Origin: Tubulanus polymorphus
Lineage: Eukaryota; Animalia; Nemertea
Reading direction: 5' to 3'
NCBI RefSeq assembly: GCF_964204645.1
Contig: NC_134027.1
Coordinates: 62,001 to 126,000, forward strand
DNA: 64,000 bases
A model generated the notes under the pieces. The model worked only from the letters and a program-made list of their open reading frames with translations. It did no database searches and was not told where the DNA came from. Positions within the stretch are counted from its first letter, which is position 1. Each line of letters starts with the position of its first letter. The position numbers and the translations under genes were made by a program. Positions 12,496-25,375 of the stretch are shown here, piece by piece.

Positions 12496-15400
12496 TTTCC
12501 CAACATTAACCCTGACATTATTTTCCAACATGTCTTCGACTTGTTGAAAAAAAAAACAATTTCAGATTCCATATATCAAGGGGTAAGAATAACATAGACA
12601 TACTTTTGATAAAATCAGAGCGATTAATCATCACCGAGACTCTTGTTCAATGATAACAATACAAGCGTGTTATGTAAAAGATGCAAGATGCATTTTTCTT
12701 TTCTTCGCGAAAACCTGCAGATTATTAAACACGGCTTAAAAAACCCGTCTGCAATCAATCATTGAACGCTTCATCGCTGACATGTTCTGTCATTCAATTC
12801 CCTGAATATATAGTATGACTATTATATTTAGAAGTTGCCGTTGTGGCGATATATAGTTTTTCCATAAGTTTCCCAGACTCCCTCCCCCCACACTCCGCGC
12901 GCTCGATCATCGGAACATGTTGAAAACTTAACTAATACCATATGATCGCTCCGGAGTTGGAACGGTATTAGTTTCAAAGAAACACGAAATATCATATAAC
13001 TTCACATCGCAACAACACAACATTACCGATCGTTGCCAAGCCACAATATTCAAATCGATATCGATTAGAACTGATCTGTTGGCGCATTGATTTCCGATGA
13101 GAGATAAAACTATGCGTATACGAATTCTTAAATTCTGAGTAATTTTCGACGAAAGCCATTTTCAGAAAGCCGTCAGCGGGCATGCGTGGGCTTTTTACGA
13201 GTTCCCATCCACCAAAACTCTTTGTAGGATAAATCAAAATTCTAAATTCATTCCAAGTATTTGAAAAGCTGTCGCCTCCATAAAATCGCACCCTCTAAAT
13301 TAATAGAGCTCAATCTGCACGTTATTCTAGGTGTACATATTAAACAGTTTTTGACTCATGTTCGCAATGTCTATTCAGAACGTGGTCCGCGCTGCGTCGC
13401 CCTCCATATCTCTGACGTTCTTATATTTTCTGAGCGATCATTTAATCATCCCCGGGTCGATGTGTTGAATACCAATTGACCAACGAAGCAATTTATCAAA
13501 ATCAACATAAATTCAAGCCATTTTTATCAGTATTAAAGCCTCGCCGAATTCCCTTCCGAGTCATAGATTACGCGAGATATCTCATACACCGGCTTTCAAA
13601 TAATGAAAACGAACCAATTTTAACATTTCATGAACACGAGATCTGAATACATAAACATTAATGCATATAACTATTCAAAATAACCGTCGCTACTGTTGTC
13701 TCCCCGCCGTCTCCCGTAGCGACGATTTCGCCGTATACTGAGATTATTATAGAACCGACCGAAGCCGACATTATTCTCAGCATTTTCTGAAAATTATTTT
13801 GCACCTCTTCATAACTAAATTACTTTCTTATATCGTTTTATTGTCCCCTGTGTTTGAATATTATCGCGTAACTTGATTATCGGTAACTTATTATGCGTTG
13901 ATTGGTCACATATTTTCCGAATTTTCTGAATTGACGAGACTGAAGTTGATCAGCTCTGAAAAATGATTGACGATGAATGAGAGTGCACTTGAGGGATCGT
14001 AGTACGGGACAATGTGTCTATACAACAGCCTCCAGGGACGAGTTCGTCTGCTTGCAGTTCTTCCAGTAATATCTGATTGACATTGTTCCCGATCCTCGAT
14101 TGCCAGCGAGATGCAGCTAGTAGAAAAAAAAAATTCACGAAATGTATTTTCGGGAATCTTACCAAGGGGATATTCGGGATTCGCGAATCAAATTAATCGG
14201 GATTCGAACCTAATACAATGGTTAATTTGCATATTTTTGCATACGTTTAAAGAATGTAATCGCCTGAAATTCCACCATAAATCCGCAAAAAGTAAATTTC
14301 TGTTATTATATGAGTCGCTTCGCGATTCTGACACAATAGCAGAACATTTTGACTATACTGAAATTCAACCACCAAAAATTTCACAAAAACTTTCATTTTT
14401 TATTTGTTAACGAGTTGAAGTCTAGACGATTCTTCCTAGGATTTTTATTCAAACGGACCCGGATAACCCGAGCTGGTGATCAATAAAAACATATCATATT
14501 CATAACTTTCTGTGAATCCAAATTTCGCAGTTGTTTTGCACGGAGACGATTCTAACGACTGGTTTCTATTCGAAACGAGATATAACATATTAATAAAAAC
14601 CGGTCGTGATTGTTGTGAGAATATTCTGAGAAAATAATACCACGATTTAAACCCTTTCGAACTAAACAAAGCCGGATATAGGTTTTAATAACAGAAATGT
14701 AGAAATATCAATTGACTTCATTGGACAGGAATAACACACCAACATGATATATTTACCCGATATAAATGAGAAAATAAAAATATTCCTATATTCAATTTAA
14801 TAGCCCTCACCCGATTCATACCCCGAGCCGGAATCATTAAATTTTATTATTATAAATTGCATGGAGCACTAAACTTTCTTTGTGCGTTTATAGTTATCAA
14901 AATCTTTGGGGGGAATTTTCTCAGCAATGGTTGTTTTATGGTAATAACTATGTAAGACAGAATTTCGTAAAAATATACACCATGAGTCACGATCTGTGTG
15001 TATACCAGGAACGTGCCCGATTTGGTCACATACCGCTCCTTTCAATGTTTCAACCATAAGGCAACAAAACAACAACATTTCATGCAGTAGTTTCATTTTT
15101 CAAAAAAAAAAAATACTTTCATTTCACGAAAACAAAAACCTAGTATCTAGATATTTAAAGGCAAAAATGTCTCCAACCCACAATGAAAAACTGAAAGATG
15201 TATTGAAATCCTTGTATTTTTAGTTTTAAACCCGACAACAAGTAATGTTGTTTAGGGTTTTTTTCACTGATACGTTCCAGCATGGACTGATCCGAGTCTT
15301 TATTTGCAAACACACTGAATTCTAGCTGTTCATTAAGATATTTAGTTGTTGTGTCAATAGAAACGACTTTGTTTAGTTTTAAAGAAAGGCTTCTGACGAG

Positions 15401-17224
15401 AATATGAACATTTGGTGCGGCCGAGAACCGTGCGTCTCTCCTTATTTACCTAATTATCCGAATCAATGCTTGATAGACACCTTTACTGACAAAATACAAT
15501 AGTTTCATTTGGAACGAACACAATAGAAGTGATTTCTGTAACAAATCATCTTCTATCAACAATAGACGTTTAATAGGGAGCCGGTATTGACGTTAGTCTG
15601 TATGACAACCGCTGGGATTGTTTAACCCCGGACATGTGTCATGTCAGCCGTGCATACGTCCGACAACAATAACTCGAAACTTCGAGAGCGCATCCTTAAA
15701 ACCATCCCGAATTTCAAATCGATGCATACACTAAACCTTCTGAGTTCAAGATGCTGAAACAGTTTCCGCCGAGGAGAGGAAAAGAAATTGGCAGGCAATA
15801 CCTTCACACTTTTGATGTACGTAGGAAGTTAGAACGCCTCGGGGGCGGCTTACACCTTTAATAATCAATGGGTCTTTGTTATCGTAAGGGTAAATTCTTA
15901 ATTAAGTCAATTATTAAAATTCTTCGTGTAGAAAATTGAAGCGTCCGATGTTCATAAAAAGATCAGATACTTGAAGATTCTTTGACGCCTGATCTGACAC
16001 AGAAAATCACTCGGGGCACTTGTTCAATTTCAGCTCAATGGCGGAAGTCAATAAACGTGCCTTTTCAAAACTGTGAAGTCGTAGATAGATAGAATATTAC
16101 TAGATCTCTGAGAGCTGATTGTGATCTAGACAAAGCTACCTAAATAATAAATCCTCCAGGAGATCTACAGTTTCTCAACCGAGTGATCATTAAAATTAAA
16201 TAGTATTTATATCATATGAACAGCTATGGTATAGATTCATATCCAAGTATGCTTATATACGACGATTTATCAGGACACGTTCAGGGTATAAATATTTCAA
16301 TAAATATCTCTCTCCTTTTATTTAGACCACCAACGACTCTATTAAATACATAAGCATCTTATATAGATTCGATTTCGTGTCTGACAAAACGATTTTAAAA
16401 CTCCTATTTAAACAATTGCCCTTATTTAAAATTCAAGATTTAGTTTCCAAGTGCTGATTATGCTACTAACAATCGAATCATTGTTAGAATATTGGAAAGG
16501 CATTTGATTCGATGTCGAAACTCAAAAACAATCAATTTCATCCTAACCTTTGAATCAATTCAAAAGTTCTGAGTCCAGTTCCACAGTTCAGGACCCAGTT
16601 CGATGATTGCTAATACACAGAGTTCAATCACAGAACGCGCTCTGCTGCTGAACTGTTTTTCCGACAAGTAAAATGATGATTTCGATCGTGGCAGGTGGAT
16701 AGGAATAGAACGTGGTTGAGGTTGAAGTTGGAAACCGACCTGTCGTTAGTAGCGTGTTTAGAAAGCCTGTAATTTGACAGTTTTTGATGATTAATAACAG
16801 GAATCAGGTGGGAAAAGTTAAAACTCTCCCATCTCTCTCTTTCTGGAAACAAAATATCATCTCCTCAACAAAGTGAAACTGATTTGAAAATGCTGTCATT
16901 TATTTTCTTGTACGGATGATTTAGGGGTAATTTTTACAGATCATCTATTCACTATGTCAGCGGGGGTTTATCTAAACATCTCTGCTATAATTACCAACAG
17001 GTTTTCGACAGAGAGAAAGAGAGAGAGGGGAGCGAAAAGATTTCTAAAAAAACATTCAGTTAATTAGTCACCTTGTTATTACTTGTCATTTCCGGTTATT
17101 GTAAGAAAAAAACGTCGAAGTATCACGTGGTGTTCATCACGTGATGTTCATCAGGTGAAAACAAAACAATGTTTAGAAGATTTGGTTCCATAATCCCTTT
17201 AATATACGGGTTCTTCTGGTCGAG

Positions 17225-17635
17225 ATCCACAGTAATGTGGGTTTCATTTTAGTCTGGATCCAGTTCCACAGTTGTGTGGGTTTCATTTTAGTCTGGATCC
17301 AGTTCCACAGTTGAGTGGGTTTCATTTGACTCTGGACCCAGTTCCACAGTTGTGTGGGTTTCATTTTAGTCTGGATCCAGTTCCACAGTAATGTGGGTTT
17401 CATTTTAGTCTGGATCCAGTTCCACAGTTGTGTGGGTTTCATTTTAGTCTGGATCCAGTTCCACAGTTGTGTGGGTTTCATTTGACTCTGGACCCAGTTC
17501 CACAGTTGTGTGGGTTTCATTTGACTCTGGACCCAGTTCCACAGCAGTTCCACAGTTGTGTGGGTTTAATCTAACTCTAGATCCAGTTCCACAGTTATTT
17601 AAGTTTAATCTGAATCTGGATCTAGAGGTTTCATT
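17225..17635 (-). repeat. 39-bp minisatellite, same family as 6975-7296 but inverted, about 10 units
   Basis: Unit tgtgtgggtttcatttgactctggacccagttccacagt. Its reverse complement matches the 7-kb unit at about 37/39. Confidence 0.95.
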
Positions 17636-20571
17636 TAAAGAACACAATTTCATGGTTATATCAAAACTCTTTATGTGTTTTGGTTATATCCATATAATAC
17701 ATATGCTTGATGTGTTAGAAGCAATTGCACTCGGTAAATCTAGTATATTTCTAGCTAGTAAATCTGAAACGATTGAAGTCATATTTACCGATTCTGAAAC
17801 GTGGTTTTCTACTAAGATCCATCATTACGAAATGAAGACTAAAACTCAAGAAATAAATTCCACAAATTCAATGCTCGTCTCGCGACAATAATTCTGTCAA
17901 ACGCTCGAATAAACAAACAACAAAAAAGACATGTTTTACAGCCAAATCGTCTTTAAAAAAACATACGTTCAATTATTACGTGTCGGACCGACGAGGGATC
18001 ATAATTTGTGACGTGGAACGCCGCTCTCAAAACTAGTTTTTCGCACCATAAATTTCTCCGTTAGAAAATAAAACGAAGTTATTTCCTTGTAATAACCACA
18101 TATTGAACTTTTGAAGGAAGTAATAGATCATCATATAACCTCATGAAGAGAGAGAGAGGGGGAGGGACGGGCAGAAATTATTCAAATCGTTTTAAAAACC
18201 CTTTGAACAGAACTACAACAACAATGATTATTTGACTGGGAAGACCTATTACCCCTATTGGCTATACACAACCAGGATACATTAATAGTCATATATATGC
18301 ATAGAATACAATATCGAAAAAACACCTTTTGTTGCTTGCAATTTGAAATTATGAATCACTATTAAAAACCTGTTTGAACCAGCTCTCTGATCACAGGTGG
18401 TTTTCCAAAACCACCCGCCTCAGTCGATTTATTGTTTTCTTCCGTTCCATAAAGGATTTTCGTTTTCTTGGGAATTTTATAATAACAATATTATAGGGGC
18501 TTTTTGTTATTCAAAAAACGTCATTCTTATTATTTTCATTATTTCAAAGTTCACATGAGTCAAAGCTTACTATTGAATTGATTAAATGTTCCAATCTCTA
18601 ATGGAGTAGTGATTATTCGCAATAATGTACATTTTCTAAATATTTTCATTTTCATGTAACTTGGTAACTCACGTAGTATCCACGAATTAGCTTAATCAAA
18701 ATCGTAAAACTGTAGACTAAGAGGAAAAGTTGTTACTCTCAGGAGCATGGGTAAATAGGAAATCTGTTTAAGTTCTAAGGTTGTACAGAAAGAGAGGGTT
18801 AACAAACTGAGACCTTCTCTTGAGTTCATCAGCTTTTATCGCAATTTAACGCATTAAAAACAATTCGATTTACACGATGGCGGCGATATCTTCTCGCTCG
18901 AGGCTTGCTGTGTCAGCGATATTTTCATAATTCGAAACGTAACGATGTTTAACGAATTTTGACAAGACAATAACGCGATGGGGCAGACATTAGACTGCTT
19001 ATCCTCGTGATACTATCATAAATACCTGATAGAACCTCAGGCTTTATATCCAATAACAAGGTGCTCGAATCCAGCGATAATATTTGACAGTTGTGACAGT
19101 TCTAGGCGCGTATTAACCCATCAAATCACTTCATAACATCGCCTCAAGCTGCACAATCTCTCATCTCACGGCTCAGTTATATCTCTTAAAAACTGGCCCG
19201 GAGCCATCCCTCAGCGGGGGCTAATGGTGATCGTTCTAAGTGTTACTCGATGGAAGATTTCTGCCCTCTTTATGTCGGATTTCTCGATAAGAAAAACACG
19301 ATCCAGATTCTTAAGTTCATCTTAAATATGAAACTAATATAATGAATTATTGTCTTCTATCTTCATCTCTTAAGCTTCTTTATCCCTCGATAAAAAAAAC
19401 TCCTTCAGAAGTCCATCGGTTCATATGTCTTCAACACCCCCAGAATAGAGAATAGTATGATCTTAATTTTCAACTTGCAATAATAATTGATGGGAAAATT
19501 GATCGCATCATTGTCGTTGCCTTTTCATCGAAATCGAATTGGATACTTGAGATATTTAAAGCTTGAGAATGAAAACAGGGCGGTGTCCACCCACTCGGCG
19601 GGCATTGTTCACATGCCATATGGGCTTTACTTGTTTCTAACTTGGGGTAGATGTAAATCAAGATACGGAACGCGCCTTGAAAAAGTCATTTTATCTGTAG
19701 GAGAAACACAAGGATCGAGGTTTGACTGGTAAAAGTTGTTCATTTCGAACCGAGAACTGTGAAACTAGATGCACGGTCCCAGGACCCAGTTTGACTCATC
19801 CCACATCTTTACATCTCATTTTAAACGTTTTAACCATTGAGGGAAATCGTGTTTCGTTTTGGAACTGGATCATGGTGATGGCGACGGAACTATGAACTGA
19901 AATATTCTCCAGGCACCGCGCGTCATGTTTAGAAACTGTCGCCAAGCGGAGATAACTTCAACAGAAATATTTTCACATCCATTAATAATAAATAACTTCA
20001 CACAAATATCTACGCTCGTTTTAACATATGTTGACAGTGTAAAAAATAAGAACTATTTACAATGTTCGGTGGTAGACAATGGGGCCGGTTTTCAATTGAA
20101 TATCTTTGATGAGAAATGTTCGTTTGTCACAAATAATTGATGAGTTTAAAGTACTCAGAAACATTCGGAATTCAACGAGTATCGTTAAGAATGAAGATAG
20201 TTATTTTTTGTCTGCATATACTCTCCACTATCAGGGCAGATGTGTGCGCACAATATGAAAGCTTCAATGGCTAACAATAGAATATGAAATTGCCCTAGAG
20301 ACCGATGCTGAGTATATTTGAATATATATCTTGTCGGATCCTTGGAATAATACCCCTGAAAAACTTGATACATCGTCCAACTGTGACTTGACAAGTTCGA
20401 GACCAAATTTGAAAATCATCTTTTTCCAAAGCTTACACAATATGGTCTGCGATATCAAAATCGGACCAATTAGATTCATTGAACAACTTCAATGTTAAGT
20501 CTTGACTTAATAGAGCAGTTTACCTTGCCATAAAGACCAGTCTTAATTAAGAGAAGCGGGTATTGTTAGTT

Positions 20572-20750
20572 ACCATGTGACTGGTCACTAGCCACTGCAC
20601 TTGGTTGGTCACCAGAGTTACCACACCTGACTGGTCAGTGACTCAGCTCACTGGTCACCAGTTACCACACGTGACTAGTCACCAGTCAGCTCACTGGTCG
20701 CCAGTTACCACACGTGACTAGTCATCAGTCAGCTCACCGGTCACCACTGA
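20572..20750 (+). repeat. degenerate array of the 24-bp accacacctgactggtcaccagtt family
   Basis: Same core as 42885-43122. Confidence 0.8.
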
Positions 20751-20786
20751 CCCTTGCAAAAACTTAGAAGCTCAGTCAGCCACTAC

Positions 20787-20858
20787 AGCTCGGTGGTCTA
20801 GTGGTAAGATGTGGGGCTGGCAACCGACTGGTCTCTGGTTCGAGTCCAGCTAGGGTCA
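20787..20858 (+). mobile_element. tRNA-derived SINE-like head
   Basis: A box TGGTCTAGTGG (20794-20804) and B box GGTTCGAGTCC (20837-20847) at tRNA spacing. Acceptor and anticodon stems do not pair. Confidence 0.6.
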
Positions 20859-20993
20859 TGGTAATGACCTAGGGTTAGGGTTAGGCCGTCAGATAGCAGT
20901 TGTTTGAGCTATCGAATCGGCTTTTTTTCTCATTTTCATTATGACCTTGGAAAGTATCTCATTTTTGTGGAAATAAGAAACTACCATGGAAAT

Positions 20994-21151
20994 TGCTGCC
21001 CACGGACCTGCTGCCCACGGACCTGCTGCCCACGGACCTGCTGCCCAGGGACCTGCTGCCCAGGGACCTGCTGTCCACGGACCTGCTGCCCACGGACCTG
21101 CTGCCCACGGACCTGCTGCCCACGGACCTGCTGTCCACGGACCTGCTGTCC
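20994..21151. repeat. 15-bp minisatellite gctgcccacggacct, about 10 units
   Basis: Direct reading. Confidence 0.95.
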
Positions 21152-24100
21152 ATTTATGCTATATAGAACCCGTACCCATATAAACCTACCACGAGGTCAC
21201 TGAACAAAGATTATGGATACAAATAGTGTCCATTCTATAATGAAAATAACTTCTTTAAAGTGTTTGGTTTCCTTTTAAGGATGAAAGCGAACACTTGTGT
21301 AACACGTTATTGCGTGGTAGCGTGTTTGTCCCAAGATACTTTCACTGTATTTACAGTTCGACTTAGTACAAGTGCCCCCTCTCCCCACTCTCCCCTCTCC
21401 CCATTCACCTCCTACACACCTATTATACACTTATTAACCATTTCCCAATGACCATTCATTATCTATTCAATATTATATAATAATAATGAACCCTGTATTC
21501 TGTCCCTGAAGAGCGGTAAAATGTCGACACTATCGTGGTGAGACATAGATTAGAGTTTACCCCAGTTTTACTGCCGCGTGCCACGAATTAAATAATTCAC
21601 TCATGTTACAGTTACTGATATTAATGAATAGTCAATATGGCATTCTTGAATAGAACAATCGCTGAATATACATATAATAAATTTGAAATCGGTAACCGTT
21701 GTTCCGGGTGCTAAATTACAATATAGAATTTACTTATATATGCATGTATTTAACATAGGCGACTTTGAGACGTCGGGAACTGTGTGACGACATGTATCTC
21801 TATAACTTTAACAATATCAATAGACAGTACCAACTGGGGTCATTTTCATATAGGGCTCCATATCCTTGTGATTCTTAAATCAATTAAATCAGCAATTTAG
21901 CTGCGGGTTTTACTTTAAACCTTATTATCAAAATAAAAAAGGCATTTTCAAAACCTTAAAGTATCATTTACTCTCCGAATTTAAGCCTCAATTCAAATTT
22001 CTAGATTTTAGGGAGAGTTGTTTTGTTTTGTTTATTACGCGCAATATTCCGGTGTAACCACGTGACCGGCAGTAGATACATGAATTATACATAAATGAAT
22101 TGTAAACAGGTAATTGAAGATTTCTATATAAGACATATTTGCATTTTATATTAACACGACGTAGACACGATATACATAATTGTGAATTTGCACTTTCTCG
22201 GCGTTCCAAGACGTTGAAACATCACGACTTACGTATTGTTCGATATAATGAGCTTTGATTCGGTTTGGGGGGAAATGTGAACCTCTGAAACTACATGTGA
22301 TATTTGTATATATGGTGAAAAAATACTCAGTGAAACTGGGCCTATAGGTTGTTTAAGTTGTAGTCGTTTTACGATGTTGGGTACGGTTTAGTCCAATGGT
22401 TGCTTTGTATTTATTTCAATATCGAAGTGACTGGCTTCTTTTCGCTGCCCACAACAAATCTCTTGTTTATCCACATAAATCTTTAAAAAACCATTTAATA
22501 TTTCTCTCTCTCCTTCTCTGTCATTTCCTGTTTGTTTATTGTTCGCAGAAATAATAATAATTTCACGAAATTCTTTTTATCGACTCGGCCTTTTATGTGT
22601 CTGCGAAGAAAACCAGCTATTGTCCGCGGAAAACTATAAAAACTGGTTTTCTATTTTGTTGTGTTCGGTGTGTGTTTGGTCGCAGTCAACGGAGCGAGGA
22701 ATCTTACAGTTTCCTGTCGGTTTCCTATCATTCATTCGAGTTATTATTATAGATTTATGGAAAGAGCTTAAATACAATATCTCAACCTTCCCTAAAAACG
22801 CATTATACATCTGTTCGCTAGCGGTGTTTGATGTTTTAGGTTTCGGGTTCGTTGAAATGTCATCTATAGGTGCGCATATTTCCTACAATACTCGTGATAC
22901 GGCTAATCATTGAAAACCTCTATTGAAAACTTCTGGTTTGAATTTTACAGGTGAACTTCGGGCGGAACTTCTCCTAAACAATTTAACGGTGTTTTTTTAA
23001 TTATCTCAACTGACATTCAATATACTACACAGCACACCTGCTATGTGTGTATGATGCTGATTAGGTTTATCATAGTAATCAATATGGCCGCTATGGAGCT
23101 ATTTAGGGTTAATCTTAACATCATCAGTCCCGAGAAGAATAAAAGAACTATTTACTCCCGCCATTGTTTTTAGATTGTGGTTTGGAGTTCAGTGCACATT
23201 CAAGGCTCATATTAAATCAGTCAATACCCACTGTGTTCCTAGAAGCCAATCTGACAAGACCATGTAGTCTTAAAACCGGGGACAATTCATAACCTAACCC
23301 AGGCTACTCCAGATTCCAATACAGAATCGACTCGTTTATTCTCGGGGTTAGAGCCCTCTCGGGGCTGATAGCCCCCACACGGGTCCTATACTACTGGGCT
23401 AACTTAAACAGCCACCGACAGCCAAAGGGATTAAAATGACACTCAAACAACTTCTCAACACAATATACGGAGTTATTTTCTCGATCTACTCGAGACGAAG
23501 CGCGTGTGTGAACCGAGCCGCGATGCATCGTCACGTATTAATACAGTAAGATTTATGAGAAGGGATTTGTCCGAAACGTTCTTCAACGGCCATAATCGAT
23601 ATCCGCCGACAAAATAGGTCAAAGATTATTGTCTGGAGGTCAAAATATCGAGATCCTCAATGACAAATCATGATACCGAGATCCTGAGATGAGATTCTCC
23701 GCGTGCACCGAGCCGCTATTTAATAATCGCTTGTAATTGATGATAGTTTTTCTCAAGGCGATGATAAATGGTACAGATTGAGAGTGAAAATCCGCGGCTC
23801 GCAGCGGGCTGCAAGAATTACTAAAATGAAAAATCCGCTTCGCCGGCGCATGGCACGCCCTGCAACGCCAACAGCACGGACACTGACTAAGTCTCAAAGC
23901 GGATTTGTATATGTATGTTTTGCAGTCATTATCTTGATAGATGTTTCAGATGCGCCCGAATCCGACTTCGAAAACCGTCACGGATTTAACAACACTTAAA
24001 CTAACAAAAAACCATCAATCTTCGATACAGCGCGTGACCGTACTGACTATAATGAGTTAATCCCCCCCCCCCCCCCCGCGATGAAAATGACAAAACATCG

Positions 24101-25189
24101 TCTCAATGACAAAACGCTATCTCAATTTATACTCCATTATTAAAGCTGTCATCGGAACCAGATAAAAACTGGATTTATCTTTGTACAGAAATATTAGCGT
24201 CGTATTCGAGGTGATTAAGAACCTTGTTCGGTTCGAATCTTTATTGATATCTTGAATTAAACTCATTAATTCTTGATAATTGATAGTTTTCGGCGGCGCC
24301 TGTGTTTGCGAGGAGTCTGCGCTTGTTTTGAATGATAGTCTCATCTTGTAACGGGTAATTCCAGAATAACAACCAGTACCGTAGTCCTAGCTTTGACACT
24401 GGTTCTGCCCAGCTGTGGGCACCGTACGGACCCTCATCGGCTTCTTGGGCTTTGTTAATCCAACTATCAAGTCAAGGTTAAAGTGCATTCCAATCAGTTG
24501 TTCGATTTCGATACTGTATAAATCGAGGGGGCGAAACCCACAAAGTCATAAAATGATTCAGACATATTTCTTATAGACAAATTAAGATGAATTTCTGCTG
24601 ATTTACAGGTAGATGGTCACTGAACGGTCAAACCGGTGATATATACCGGTTATCTGCGTCTAACAAGACTTGTTTTACCAGTTTAAACTGTATATGATCT
24701 GAAATAGTTCGCGGGGGTCAATGTGAGAATATCAGAACATCGATTTCATATCTCAAACTACGATTGATTAAGAGTTATAAATATCTGATATATTCTATCG
24801 ACTCTACCGATGATTATGGGAAGCCAAACCTCACGATTTATATCTTTAATACCTGTCCGTCAAACGAGACTTCGAAGAGTCGGATATCTGCGTAATTTAG
24901 AAATCTGAAATGTCTAAGGAGCAGTTTTTACGCGTTTTCTTTATGATCCCTGATAAGAGGTTCTAAACGCGTTAATCACTAAGATTATATCGAGATCGTA
25001 CCGGGGTATATAGGCTGCTTATAGCTGTGCCTGATACGCGTGCTAATAAATCTATATATTATACCGTAACTATATGTCTAATCTGTCTAAAAAAACTCTG
25101 ACCAACTTATCTTGCATTACTGCACTAAGCGAATTAGGAACAGGTCCACGTTCCACAGAAATATCAAATATGTCTCTTGGAACAAAACA

Positions 25190-25375
25190 CGGAACTGGGT
25201 CCAGGGTCAGATTTAACCCAAACAACTGAGGCACTGGGTCCTGATTCAAAATAAACCCACACGATTGTGAAACTGGGTCCAGAGTCGAACTAAACCCAGA
25301 TAACTGTGGAACTGGGTCCAGAATTGAATTAAACCCACACAACTGTGGAACTGGGTTCAGAGACAAAGCAAACTG
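25190..25375 (+). repeat. 39-bp minisatellite family, about 4-5 diverged units
   Basis: actgtggaactgggtcc core with about 39-nt period. Confidence 0.88.

Noticed and set aside
20787-20858. Functional tRNA gene (also 43168-43240)
   Set aside because: A and B boxes are present, but acceptor and anticodon stems do not pair and no poly-T terminator is adjacent. Treated as SINE-like.
20870-20886. Interstitial telomere
   Set aside because: Only about two TTAGGG units, too short to call.
20904-21203. Cys-rich (CCPRT)n ORF resembling metallothionein or keratin-associated protein
   Set aside because: TTG start, and it is simply the translation of a stop-free 15-bp minisatellite that is open in several frames.
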